Positions 11,467 to 21,975 of a stretch of DNA of 64,000 nt are shown here, piece by piece. Source of the DNA: Pavona decussata (taxonomy: Eukaryota). The notes under the pieces are model-generated. The model ran no database searches, was not told the origin of the DNA, and saw nothing but the letters and a program-made list of their open reading frames with translations. The stretch spans positions 62,001 through 126,000 of the forward strand of contig CDRNST010000095.1 of NCBI GenBank assembly GCA_977016875.1. Direction: 5' to 3'. The position numbers and the translations under genes are program-made. Each line of letters opens with the position of its first letter. Position 1 is the stretch's first letter.

Positions 11467-13060
11467 GTTTATAAACCTCGATTATTGCTAAGCACCTTTC
11501 AGGAGCTATATGGTCCCAATTTAAAGAAAATCGGGCAAAATACAGACACGGTAAAGGCGCTCCATAGATCGAGTGCAGTTTTCAAAACTAAAATGGACGC
11601 GCGATGCTGCACATGTTCGCAGTGCGACTGCGTTATGTGGAAATTCGCTGACCCACAGGGGGTGACTGCGGAACAGAATGCAGACTAATTCGTTCACGCC
11701 AGAGGTGACTTATTAAATCAAACTGATTGTAAAGCTGACATTGAAACATGGGCCAGATTAAAATTGCCCTTTGCCGAAGTGTCAGCTTTGCAATCCAGTT
11801 TGTAGGGATAGCATACTGTCAGTCACGCCACTACATCCAAATTGTTTTTAAACTTGATTTTGACAAACAAAAAATCAAACCAAAACAAAACAAACAAAAA
11901 AGTTTTCTTGAAATAGTTTCCTCGTACTAGTATTATGCGCAATGGCTCAACCCTGATACGGTCAATGCTTGGTTGTTGACCAAGCAAGCTATGACAGTAA
12001 GGTACGTCTATAGTCAGGAGCCCATAATGGGCTCCTGCTATAGTATTCGTTAGTCAGTAGTCGGTGAGGAGAGGGGGGGGGGGGGGGGAGGGGGGCGACT
12101 AAACAAATCTAACTTCTTTATTCTTTTTCGTCCCCAACGTGGAAGATAGCAGCCACTGCCGAGTTTAGATCCTCTTCTATAGTTATCTATCTTTTTGCTC
12201 TTTTAGGAACCTGTCTAACCGATTTCCGTTGTTGTGTCGCAATTAATTAAGGACGATTCCACCGTAATAATATATACAAAGGCATCTTATTTGAGCGGTT
12301 TATGACTAGTTTGTGGGAAAAGGGCTAATGGACACATTTTCCAAAGCATTTTTTTAAGCTTAATTACGGCTTCACATAAAGTACAATATTTCGTTTTTCA
12401 GGTCTGGTAAAATAAGAGAAAAAATAAAAATAAACGAGAAAGAAAGAAATACCGCTACACCTCAAGTGTTAGCCGTATGTTAAACAGTCTTGGTCTCGAA
12501 TCCCTGGAAAAGAGAAGAAAGATCTGTCGACTAGTGATGATGTATAAAATGATTCACGGCCTTGTAGATATGAATGTTCAAAATTATTTTCAGTTCTCCT
12601 GGGAAACGCAAACACGGAATAGAGTGTAGTCATGTCTTAAATTTCGGACACCCTATATCACCAAAAATGCCTTCAAATTGTCCTTTTCAAGGGACTGGAA
12701 TCAGCTTCCGGCTGACATAGTTACCGCTCCAGTCACCGCTCCATCGTTGACTGTTTTTATGAGCGAATAATTATACCCAACGGGCAACCTCTTACTCAGA
12801 ATGGCGTTTTAGTATTGCCTCACCGGCTGTACTAATCAAGCAGTCGTCGATTAAGGAGTGCGTTGGAAATTTTTGGATATTTGTAAAAGGAGCTAATTTC
12901 AATTTGGGTTTAATTATTGCGTTCAGTACAGTGCAATGCTTCCCGACCCTCCCCTTCCTGCCAATGTATCTACTCGTAGAGACTGGGACAAGCGGGGAAC
13001 GGGAACTGCTCATTTCCCACGAGGCACTTCGCGTCACTAAGCTCCTTTCAATGTTTCAAA
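11467..13060. promoter_or_regulatory. Divergent intergenic region / candidate bidirectional promoter of MLLT10 and RBM45
   Basis: Start codons 1.6 kb apart, pointing away from each other; YY1-like CAAAATGGCTGC overlaps the RBM45 ATG. Confidence 0.5.
12460..12770 (+). mobile_element. CR1-type LINE 3' fragment in the MLLT10-RBM45 intergenic region
   Basis: SVSRMLNSLGLESLEKRRKICRLVMMYKMIHGLVD...AFKLSF..DWNQLPADIV. Confidence 0.65.
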
Positions 13061-13357
13061 ATGGCTGCGAATCACCAGCAAGCTATGGATGCTGGCTCTG
13101 TTTCAAGCCGTGTAGACGTAGACAACCCCCCATTTTCTCGAATCTTTATAGTTTGTAGTAAAAAACATTCGTCAGACGACATGAGGGCTGCATTTCAGCA
13201 TTTCGGTAGCATCGAAGATATCTGGGTAGTCAAAGACAAACAGACGAAAGAGAACCGCGGCGTTTGCTATGTGAAGTTCGCGAAAGCGTCTTCGGCGGCA
13301 AGAGCGTGTGAGGAAATGGATGGAAAAGTGATCGGAGAAGATGCCAAGCCCATCAAG
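13061..13357 (+). CDS. RBM45: RNA-binding protein 45, exon 1 (RRM1)
   Basis: MAANHQQ...DNPPFSRIFIVCSK...ENRGVCYVKFAKASSAARACEEMDGKVIGEDAKPIK; donor AAG|GTGAGT; 99 codons. Confidence 0.92.
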
Positions 13358-15287
13358 GTGAGTCAAGATCCTAACTTCTTGAAAGTTCGTCATGCTAGCG
13401 TCGTGTTCAAATTTTGAGGTTTGCATTAAAAACTTAATCGGTTTGTAAGTAAAGTTTGTAAGCATTGTGACAACTCACTAATTTGCAAAAATTTAAACCA
13501 TGTGCTCTTGTTCTCTGCGCTTTCCTTGTGATGTTTTGAGGGATGTGTCTAATCACTGATCGTATAAATATGCGATCTTTTTCTCTTTTGGGATTTTGTG
13601 TAGTTGCCTTTGATTGATAACTGAGAGCTTCAAAGGGAATTGACGGATTAGAGGATAGACACAAATTTCATAAGCTTATTGTCTTCAAACGAGTGCTTTC
13701 AAGTTGTGAATTATTAATGTTAGATGACCACTTTTTTACCCTAAGTTTGAAATGATTTTATTGCGTTGATCTAGGGGAAAACTCGGTACAAAAACGTTTC
13801 TCTGGTTACACAGTATGCACTTTCTTTAGGGTGAATTTTACTCTCAAATTTGCACATTCTTGTTGTAGCTGGACCCCCAGAAAGCTGTTAGCACAAGATA
13901 AATAAGCGTGCTTGTAGCTACGTGGAAAAGTAAATTAGATTTTTTTAAACCATGAATATTTTACATTTCCAGATTAACTTCATATTAGCTGTAGAAAAGA
14001 AAAAACTCGAAATAAACCTCTATAATTTATTTAAGTTTTCTTGCAAAGGCGAAAAAAATTATATAAGAAAACTTTGAAAACTTTAATTATGTTTTTAATT
14101 CTGAAGATTTATTTTTGTTTCTACATGGTGTACCCCTATGGATTCTATGAAGGCTCTTTGTTACACTTGGTGAGGTAAAGCTTTTAAAAATTAATGGGAA
14201 ATTGCTTTTTCCGGCCATAGTGTTTGTTCTGTGGATTGAACCTCTAATGGCATTGGAATTATAAAATGTAGTTTCCCTTCCAAAATAAATTTTTGATGCA
14301 TTAGCCTATTTAGGCCTTTAACCAAAGTATCTTTCATTGGAAGTCTCAAGTAAAATTTATCTTTGCATTCTCAAATCAACAAGATTTGTTAAAAATGTTT
14401 TGTGGATAGTGCAGTTATTTAAAAGCTATGCATGGTACAGTAGTAGAGGTTTTTCAACAAGTGAATTAAAACATTGTCATCTTTTCCTGCTGATACCAAT
14501 GCGAATAATTTAATTAAGCCAGTAGATTTTACCGTACTTACTTTAAATCAAAGTGTGAAAAAAATGCTTGTATTTGAAATTCTTTTAACCTTAAAGTGAA
14601 TTTGCAGATGGTGTCCAACCTCTTACATTTTACGGTTCACTCACTGCAATAAATATTTATATCTTTCAACTTGTTGTTTACTATTTTGGTCAATGATCTT
14701 TGATTGAATTTCCAAATACTTCAATATTTGTACATAAGTTTTTTTCTTCATGTATCTAAACAGTGCATTCGAAGTGTGTGATTGACATGAAAATAATACT
14801 ATTGCTCTATTTTGAAAGTTTATTGCCAGCCCTAACAAAACATAAAGAAGTGGTGTATGTTTTTCAACATGGATTCAATGTAACTGACCCACCCACCAAA
14901 AGGTTTTGTCAATATACTAGCTTTTTTCTAGTTTATTCGAAGTAACTGAGTTTCCATCATCAAGCTCGTTCTTATACAATTCTGTAATTGGTTTTCAAAC
15001 AACTTAATGTTACAAGTCTACTAACTTCTAAATACCAGTAAAAAAAGTGTCACATTCAGCTTTTGTCTATGCAAGTAGCGCATTTCAAATGAAAGCTTTA
15101 GAACTGTCTTGATGCTATATGTATTTCAGAAAGTTTTGTGCTCGCAATTTTTGCGGTGTTCAATCCTTTGATCCTGTATTAATTTTAAGGCTTTCTTCAT
15201 ACTGTTTGATATAAACAAACTTTTGAGTTTGTGAAAGCTTGGCCACCTGTGAAAGTTACTGTTGTGAATAAATTAGTATTTTCCTAA

Positions 15288-15557
15288 NNNNNNNNNNNNN
15301 NNNNNNNNNNNNNNNNNNNNNNNNNNNNNNNNNNNNNNNNNNNNNNNNNNNNNNNNNNNNNNNNNNNNNNNNNNNNNNNNNNNNNNNNNNNNNNNNNNNN
15401 NNNNNNNNNNNNNNNNNNNNNNNNNNNNNNNNNNNNNNNNNNNNNNNNNNNNNNNNNNNNNNNNNNNNNNNNNNNNNNNNNNNNNNNNNNNNNNNNNNNN
15501 NNNNNNNNNNNNNNNNNNNNNNNNNNNNNNNNNNNNNNNNNNNNNNNNNNNNNNNNN
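15288..15557. other. Assembly gap (270 N) in the RBM45 intron
   Basis: Run of n characters. Confidence 1.
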
Positions 15558-15681
15558 ATTCGTTATTTGGAATTTTTTACTTTCTTGCCCGCATTCTCAA
15601 TACTTAGCCTTGAACCCAATTTCCAGTGTTGAGCTCTTCTGTCAGAGTGATGCTAAACCTTTCATGTACTCTCTTTCCCAG

Positions 15682-16866
15682 GTGATGATTGCCCAGTCAA
15701 AGTGTTCAGGGTCAAAAACTGATTTCCAGGATGAGACAGCCCTCACCCGATTATTCATCATCTGTCCCAAAGAATACACAGAGGATAACTTGCGCCAGAA
15801 GTTCCAGGACTTCGGTGAGATAGAATATGTGCAGATTGTGCGTGACCACACTACTCATGAAAACAAAGGCTATGGATATGTCAAGTTCAGGAAGTCTTCG
15901 TCTGCTGCTGTTGCGCTAGAGAACTGTGATAAGACGCTAAAGGCTGTTTGGGCCGAACCCAAATCAGCAAAGATAGCTCGAAACGCAGCAGCGGCTGCGG
16001 CAGCGATGCAGTCCACGTTAATTCCTCATAATCCATTCCTAGAGGCAAATAGCTATGTAGCGCCAGCAGCAGCGCCTCCAGTGACCCTGAGCATGAACAC
16101 TCAAGCAGCTCTTCCAGGGGTAATGGATTACTACAGTGGACAAAACCCAACAGCAGCTGTGGCAGAGTCGATAACAACATCGCACACCCCCACCCGGTTG
16201 TTTGTCAAAGTATCACCGATGATAACTGGTGAGCAGTTGTCCCGCCTGTTTGACATCATCCCAGGCATGCAGATGTGTGATTTAAAGCGGAATTTTAGCA
16301 CAGGGGAGTCAAAGGGGTTTGCATATGTCACGTACAACTCCGTAGGCTCTGCAATCTATGCCAAGGAAAAGCTCAATGGGTTTGAATACCCCCCAGGTTC
16401 AAAGCTTGTGGTAAAGTACGCTGAAGATCCCCCTGGTGTGCACAATAATGGCACAGGTCAGGGCAGCGATGCCACTTTTCAGGTGCAGTCATATGGTTCT
16501 AAGTCATCACTAACTGGAAGTTCATATGCAGTAAACTCCGCTGCTGTTTATACCTCAGCAGCTCTCCCTCCACCAGCCCCGTTAGCAGACATGAACTCTG
16601 AAGTGGCCTCAAGGCTGTTTATAGTGTGCCAGCCAGCACCACCGCCAGAGAGTGCACTTAAAGATGTCTTCAGCAGATTCGGAAACTTGATTGACGTGTG
16701 GATGATGAAGGAGCGTAATTTTGGCTATGCTAAGTTTGCTGCCAAGGAATCTGCTGATGCAGCTATTGAAGGCTTGCATGGCCATGAGGTTCTTGGAATG
16801 AAGTTAAAAGTGATGCATGCCGATCCGCCCAAGTCCGAGGCATCCAGAAAACGACCGCGCACGTGA
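15682..16866 (+). CDS. RBM45: RNA-binding protein 45, exon 2 (RRM2, HOA/pseudo-RRM, last RRM, C-terminal NLS)
   Basis: Acceptor ctctttcccag|GTG, phase 0; RNP1-type motifs KGYGYVKF, KGFAYVTY, NFGYAKF; C-terminus RKRPRT; total protein 493 aa. Confidence 0.92.
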   Translation: MMIAQSKCSGSKTDFQDETALTRLFIICPKEYTEDNLRQKFQDFGEIEYVQIVRDHTTHENKGYGYVKFRKSSSAAVALENCDKTLKAVWAEPKSAKIARNAAAAAAAMQSTLIPHNPFLEANSYVAPAAAPPVTLSMNTQAALPGVMDYYSGQNPTAAVAESITTSHTPTRLFVKVSPMITGEQLSRLFDIIPGMQMCDLKRNFSTGESKGFAYVTYNSVGSAIYAKEKLNGFEYPPGSKLVVKYAEDPPGVHNNGTGQGSDATFQVQSYGSKSSLTGSSYAVNSAAVYTSAALPPPAPLADMNSEVASRLFIVCQPAPPPESALKDVFSRFGNLIDVWMMKERNFGYAKFAAKESADAAIEGLHGHEVLGMKLKVMHADPPKSEASRKRPRT

Positions 16867-17088
16867 TGTATGCACCATAATTCTCCTCCTGGAATTCTAG
16901 CGTAGCATGGATTTGTGTAAAACAAAGGTAATGTTATTTATGTACAATCTGTTACTACATGTTAACTTCCTATGCAAGACATCTTTCAAGGTGTTTGCCA
17001 TATGGGAACAGACTTTCTAAACTCACAGACTACAGCTCCTGAGCACGGCTACAGAGCCCCTCAAAGCACACATTCTGTACTGCCCCTG

Positions 17089-17376
17089 GGACTTGTCAAC
17101 TCGACATGGACAACTTGACTGGACATCACAAAAATATGGCGAGCTCTTGGACTAAACATCACAGGGCCATACTACTGTACACATCATGGAATTCACAATA
17201 TTGGACTTAAGATACAGGACTTGTGGACTGGACATCACAAAAGTCACAGGACTTATGGACTGGACATCACAGAAAATACAAGACTTGTGGACTGCACACC
17301 ACTGAAGATACAGAACATTTGGACTGGACAACACAAGATACAGGACTTATGGACTGGATAACAAAAGATATGGACT
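17089..17376 (+). repeat. GGAC(A/T)-rich degenerate ~31-32 nt tandem repeat in the putative RBM45 3'UTR
   Basis: 17 GGACW motifs in 288 nt; about 5 units of AAGATACAGGACTT(A/G)TGGACTGGACATCAC at 17209-17363. Confidence 0.85.
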
Positions 17377-17980
17377 TGACATGATGAAAGAACTGGATAT
17401 TACAGATGGATATAAACTCTAGGTGGTCAACAGAATGATCTTAACTATTTTAAATTGAACTTTTGCCAAAAGAATGCAATTTTAAATGTTATTTCTGATT
17501 TTAAACAGTCGACATGTACACTTCCATGTGCATGTATGTGCACGTTCTTGTCAGACTGTTCTGGTGTAACCTGTCTTAATGTGTTTGTTTCTTATCATGA
17601 CATGCATGTAATACCGCTTTGGTCATTACACATTCAATGTGTTCAACAAAAATTGTCACACAGTTTCAGCTCCAGTTTTATTCTGCCCTTTTATAGCATT
17701 CTAGATCAGCAAAGTGATCTTTTGCAAATATTAATTTTTTTATTGTTTAACATGCATAGGGGGGAATTTCCGATTGACAAAACACTCATTTACTCAAGTT
17801 AGTTTACTCGTGTAATAACATTGTTACTGTGGCAAAGTTTTGTAACGTTGAAAACATCCAAACACATTTCATATTCTCCTAGTGCTGGTGCTGTTTTTTT
17901 TGCTTGCATTTTAAGAAATCACTGATTGTAGATCATATTCATTTACTGTAATTCTCATTCATTTTGTTTTATACCCTGCT

Positions 17981-18143
17981 TGCAGAGGATTCTTTCTAGT
18001 AAGTCTTTTAGCATGTACAAAGTCGTTTGCATCTCTAGTATTTCGCGTAGTCGGCTTGTTTTTTAAGCCGACTACACAAAATACTAAAGACGCGAAAAAA
18101 ACTTCTTACATGCTAAAAGACTTACCAGAAAGAATCCTCTGCA
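17981..18143. mobile_element. Hairpin MITE downstream of RBM45
   Basis: TGCAGAGGATTCTTTCT(A/G)GTAAGTCTTTTAGCATGTA inverted arms, about 37 bp with 1 mismatch. Confidence 0.7.
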
Positions 18144-19161
18144 TATTCATCATATCAACATATTTCATATTCTCCTCACATCTCACATCTCTTCATATTC
18201 TTCACATCTCAACATATTTCATATTCTCCTGGTGTTTGGTGTAGTTTATTCTTGTCCATGTATTTTTAGGAATCACTGATTGTAGATCATATTCATCGAT
18301 TGTGATTCTTGTTCATCCATTTTGTCTTAATCCTCCAAGCTGCAGTTAATGAAAAGAAACATCATTCTCTGTACTCATGTTCTGCCAGCTCATCATTGTT
18401 GGCATTTGCAAGTTGTTGTTTTTTTTAAACGTTGCAAATCCTTCATGTCAAGGAATTTTCTCAAGTTCTAGTGATTGTGAGCTCCTTTATTTTTAGTTGA
18501 TGTCACTTCAGGACAAGTTTATGCGATGCATAAATAAGCAACATAGTATTTCTAAGATTTTCAGAGATTTTAGTCATCCTCAAAAGAAGGTTATAGGTGG
18601 AAAAATATAGCATCTAAATCTTTCTTTTTTTTTTCCTCGTTGTTTGAGGAATTGATAGCTAGATATATTGTGAAGACATACTCTGAGGTACATGTACATG
18701 TAATAATATTGTTATCACACACAAAAAATTTTGTCTTTGGTTTAAATGGTATCATGCATCCTGGGAATTAAAGAAAAACTGCATTAGAGGTGTACATGGT
18801 TGATATTGATTGGTGATTCAGTTACATGCAGTATACAAATTATATTAAAAGCATTATTTTGCTCTCTTCATTTCCTTTGCTTTTATTTCTCTATGAAAGT
18901 GGTATTTAAGTAATTGTTCTTTCTCGTTGTACGTTTGATACACCGGTTGAAAGGTTTTGTAGATTGAGTCAGACATCACATCAAAAATTAATGAAGAAAG
19001 TTATGGCTTTGATGAAAATGGGTTAAAAATTAAGACAACGATATTATCACCAAATATATACAGAAATGGTGATTATACCCCTAGGCGCCCCCTGGGGCAA
19101 TACTAATTCATATGTTCTTGACGGGTTTATTACGAACTCACAATATGCTAAGCTCCCAGTT

Positions 19162-19234
19162 GGCTTGATAGCTCAGTTGTTAGAGCACTGCACCGGCATC
19201 GCAGAAGTCATGGGTTCAAATCCCGTTCAAGCCT
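19162..19234 (+). repeat. tRNA-like cloverleaf within a dispersed repeat (pseudo-tRNA)
   Basis: Acceptor stem GGCTTGA/TCAAGCC, D stem GCTC/GAGC, T arm ATGGG-TTCAAAT-CCCGT; anticodon loop CCGGCAT lacks U33; same family at 42940-43390. Confidence 0.65.
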
Positions 19235-20715
19235 GATGTTTTTCTTCAGGTTTTTTTTCGCTGCGGTCTAGTTGGGTAGATAATCGCGAATGCGAGAATC
19301 TTTTCTTCTTCTATTAAAGCATGAAACCTCTTCTTCAGTAAACTTGAGCTGGAAAAAAAAAAAGGTTTGGCGGGGGAAGGGGTGATTGATCAAGGGTACT
19401 CGTTTTTTCAAGGCCTTCCCTTGAGTTTTGGAATAGTGAAGATCTAACGGCTGTCAAGCGTGATGAAGGGGAATGAAGCTGGGTAGAATATGAACACAGC
19501 TGGCACGTACATCAAAATTCTGAACTCAACAATGAATGTAATATAAATCGGGCTGTATTCTCGCCAGTTGAACTTTACCATTTAAAATAGATAAGTTTGT
19601 TACTCTTCACGTTCAGTGCTTTCCAGTTGTTAATTACAGTGTATCGCTAGAGACTTAAAAATCTTTCAGAAATCAGGAGGTATAGAAAAATTTTCAGCTG
19701 CAAACTAATAAAGTTATTGTTTTGAATTTTCATTATAATTTTATTTCACAATTATTCCAATTGCACTTGTGGATATGAAATTATAGATAATCATCTCATA
19801 TCCTACAAGCTTAAGTGGAATAATTGTTTTATTAAAAACAACCAAGAAATATTGCTAGATCTTGTTGATTTCACTTTGCAAGAACAACCAGAAAACAATT
19901 TAATGGTCGCTATTTATCGGGCATGGAATAATGGCTCAAATACCTGTACCATGGCCCCTAAGCCAATCAAATCTCTTGAATTTTATTATCCAATCAATGA
20001 TCACGTTTTTAACGATTACGAATATTTCAATTTGAATGGTTGTTGAATGTAAGTTGAATGTAAGTTGAATGTAAGTTTCTTCTTAGTTTCACTGTTCGTG
20101 CGACTAATCCTTGTGGGCAGAGACACATGCAAAACAGTCAGTTTTTTTTCTCGAAAGACGCGAAACGCCGAAAGCGTGGTGCGAGCCCAACAGGCGTGTG
20201 AAGCCTCTCTCAATCTCCCCCCAATCCCACTCTCCGTTCACACACTCGCTCCAGACCTTTAGTTTGAAGACCGTGCGCATTCATGCGTATAACAGACCAA
20301 CTGAAAAAATACGACTGATTTGCAGTCTACTGTGAGTAATCAAAAATATTTACCAAGGACTAAATCGAACTTTCCCTACGACAAGTCCGCTAGTGTAAAC
20401 ACAATAGGTGAACTTGTCCCAGCCCCTGGGACCCATTTCTCGGCGGAAGGCCCGAAGACTTTTCTGGGCGCGAGTACTATGATATGTACACAATGTTCCT
20501 CAACGGAAAATCAGAGTTGGTTGATTCTAAAATTGTTAAAGTTCTATGGAAAGCATTGAGCAAAATTATCACTAATCGAAAGAAAACTGATCTCAAAACT
20601 TCTTTCCGGGCCCCTGTGAGTGTGACTTGTTACGGAGACTAGTCGTCAAGTCCGCCGTGCCACCGCAGTTATCTTCTCGTGTGTCCCGGACTTGAAATTT
20701 AGGATTTGTAACCGT

Positions 20716-21975
20716 GGGTGGTTGCCATTAGCCAAAATCTTCGGTTGGAAATTTCGGAAACTTTCGGTCTTAAATTGAAAGGTTTTTTTTGCCATTCGTT
20801 CCAAACTTAGGGACCGATCGTTTATTACGTCGTAGGGGGGGAGGGGGGGGGCGGCGGTGGTTTTCTAAAAAATCGAGTGTATGAAAATTTTACTCCCCCA
20901 AAAATCTTTCAAACAAAAGTTTTACCCCCACTGCGATGACAGTTTGAAAATTTTACTCCCCCCCCCCCCCCATAGTTGGCCTGGTGGTTGAATTGTTGAG
21001 AAGCTCCTGGGCACAACGCTTGGTTACATGCGGAAATCGCTAGCTCTCTGAATCTGAACTGGCAAGAGAAACAATCAGAAGTTAGGCGAAATTAAGTACA
21101 GGCGTAAGGTAATTAAGGTAATTAATTAACTTCTAAGTACATTGAACTTACTTAAGGTACTTACTTAAGGTAAGTAAGGTAATTCACGTACCTTAGATCA
21201 TCTCTTCAATGTCTCGATAATATTTAACGATGTTTTGTTATTGCTGGAGTCTATCCTCCAGTCGTCAAAAGAAGGTACACAGAAGGTCAAAGCAGCACGG
21301 GGTTTGAGAGCAGTACAGGAGCATTTGATGTATGGATGTGGATATATAGATTTCGAAGAAGCCTACCATCTCTATTCGTCTTCTAGTCAATTTTTTTGCC
21401 CAGATAAACAAGCCTTCAGAGATAAACTGCTTGATGGAATACACGGTTTGCCTGTCTACGTCATTACTCAACCTATTACGTGCAAGATCTTTGTCGCTCT
21501 GAAGAATAGTAGCGATATGGAGAAGTTCCTAGTCGATTTTACCAACTCTATGATTGATGAGAAGAATAATTGCTAAATACATTTAGTTGGTACCTTTTGC
21601 ATGTCTTAAAATTTTACCCCCCTCACTTTTCGTACAAGGTAAAAAATTACCCCCCAAAAAAGAGCTCTTTTAAAAAAATTACCCCCCCTCAAAAAACACC
21701 GCCCCCCCCCCCCCCCCCCCCCCTAGGACGTAATAAACGATCGGTCCCTTACAATCTCTGATTGGTAGATCAAAAAACCTTATGGGATAGCGCAAGAATA
21801 AACTGGAAATTTTGTGCAAATGGACGGTAATTTCCGTTCAGAGCGTTTAGAATGGAAAAGTAAGAATACCTCCAAAGGTAGTCCATTTGTTCTGGAAAAT
21901 TCCTGTTTGATTCACGCGTACCATTTGTACTTCAACAGGTTAAGCCGAAAAATTTTGGATAAATGGAAATCACCC
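20716..21975. mobile_element. Outer MITE hosting the 20810-21748 element
   Basis: CGT direct repeats at 20713-15 and 21976-78; TIR GGGTG(G/A)TT(G/T)CCATT. Confidence 0.7.
20810..21748. mobile_element. PIF/Harbinger-like non-autonomous element with internal cargo
   Basis: Exact TTA target duplication at 20807-09 and 21749-51; TIR GGGACCGATCGTTTATTACGTC(G/C)TAGGGGGG; subterminal AAAATTTTAC(T)CCCCC repeats. Confidence 0.85.

Noticed and set aside
15610-15681. N-terminal extension of ORF 15610..16866 as a standalone intronless gene
   Set aside because: Starts at TTG and is intron sequence ending in a polypyrimidine tract and CAG; RRM1 is supplied by exon 1.
17209-17363. ~32-nt periodic repeat as a CRISPR array
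   Set aside because: Units are contiguous with no unique spacers, there are no cas genes, and the context is a eukaryotic 3'UTR.
19162-19234. Functional tRNA-Ala(GGC) gene
   Set aside because: C at position 33, anticodon-stem mismatch, altered D-loop GG, and anticodon varies among repeat copies.
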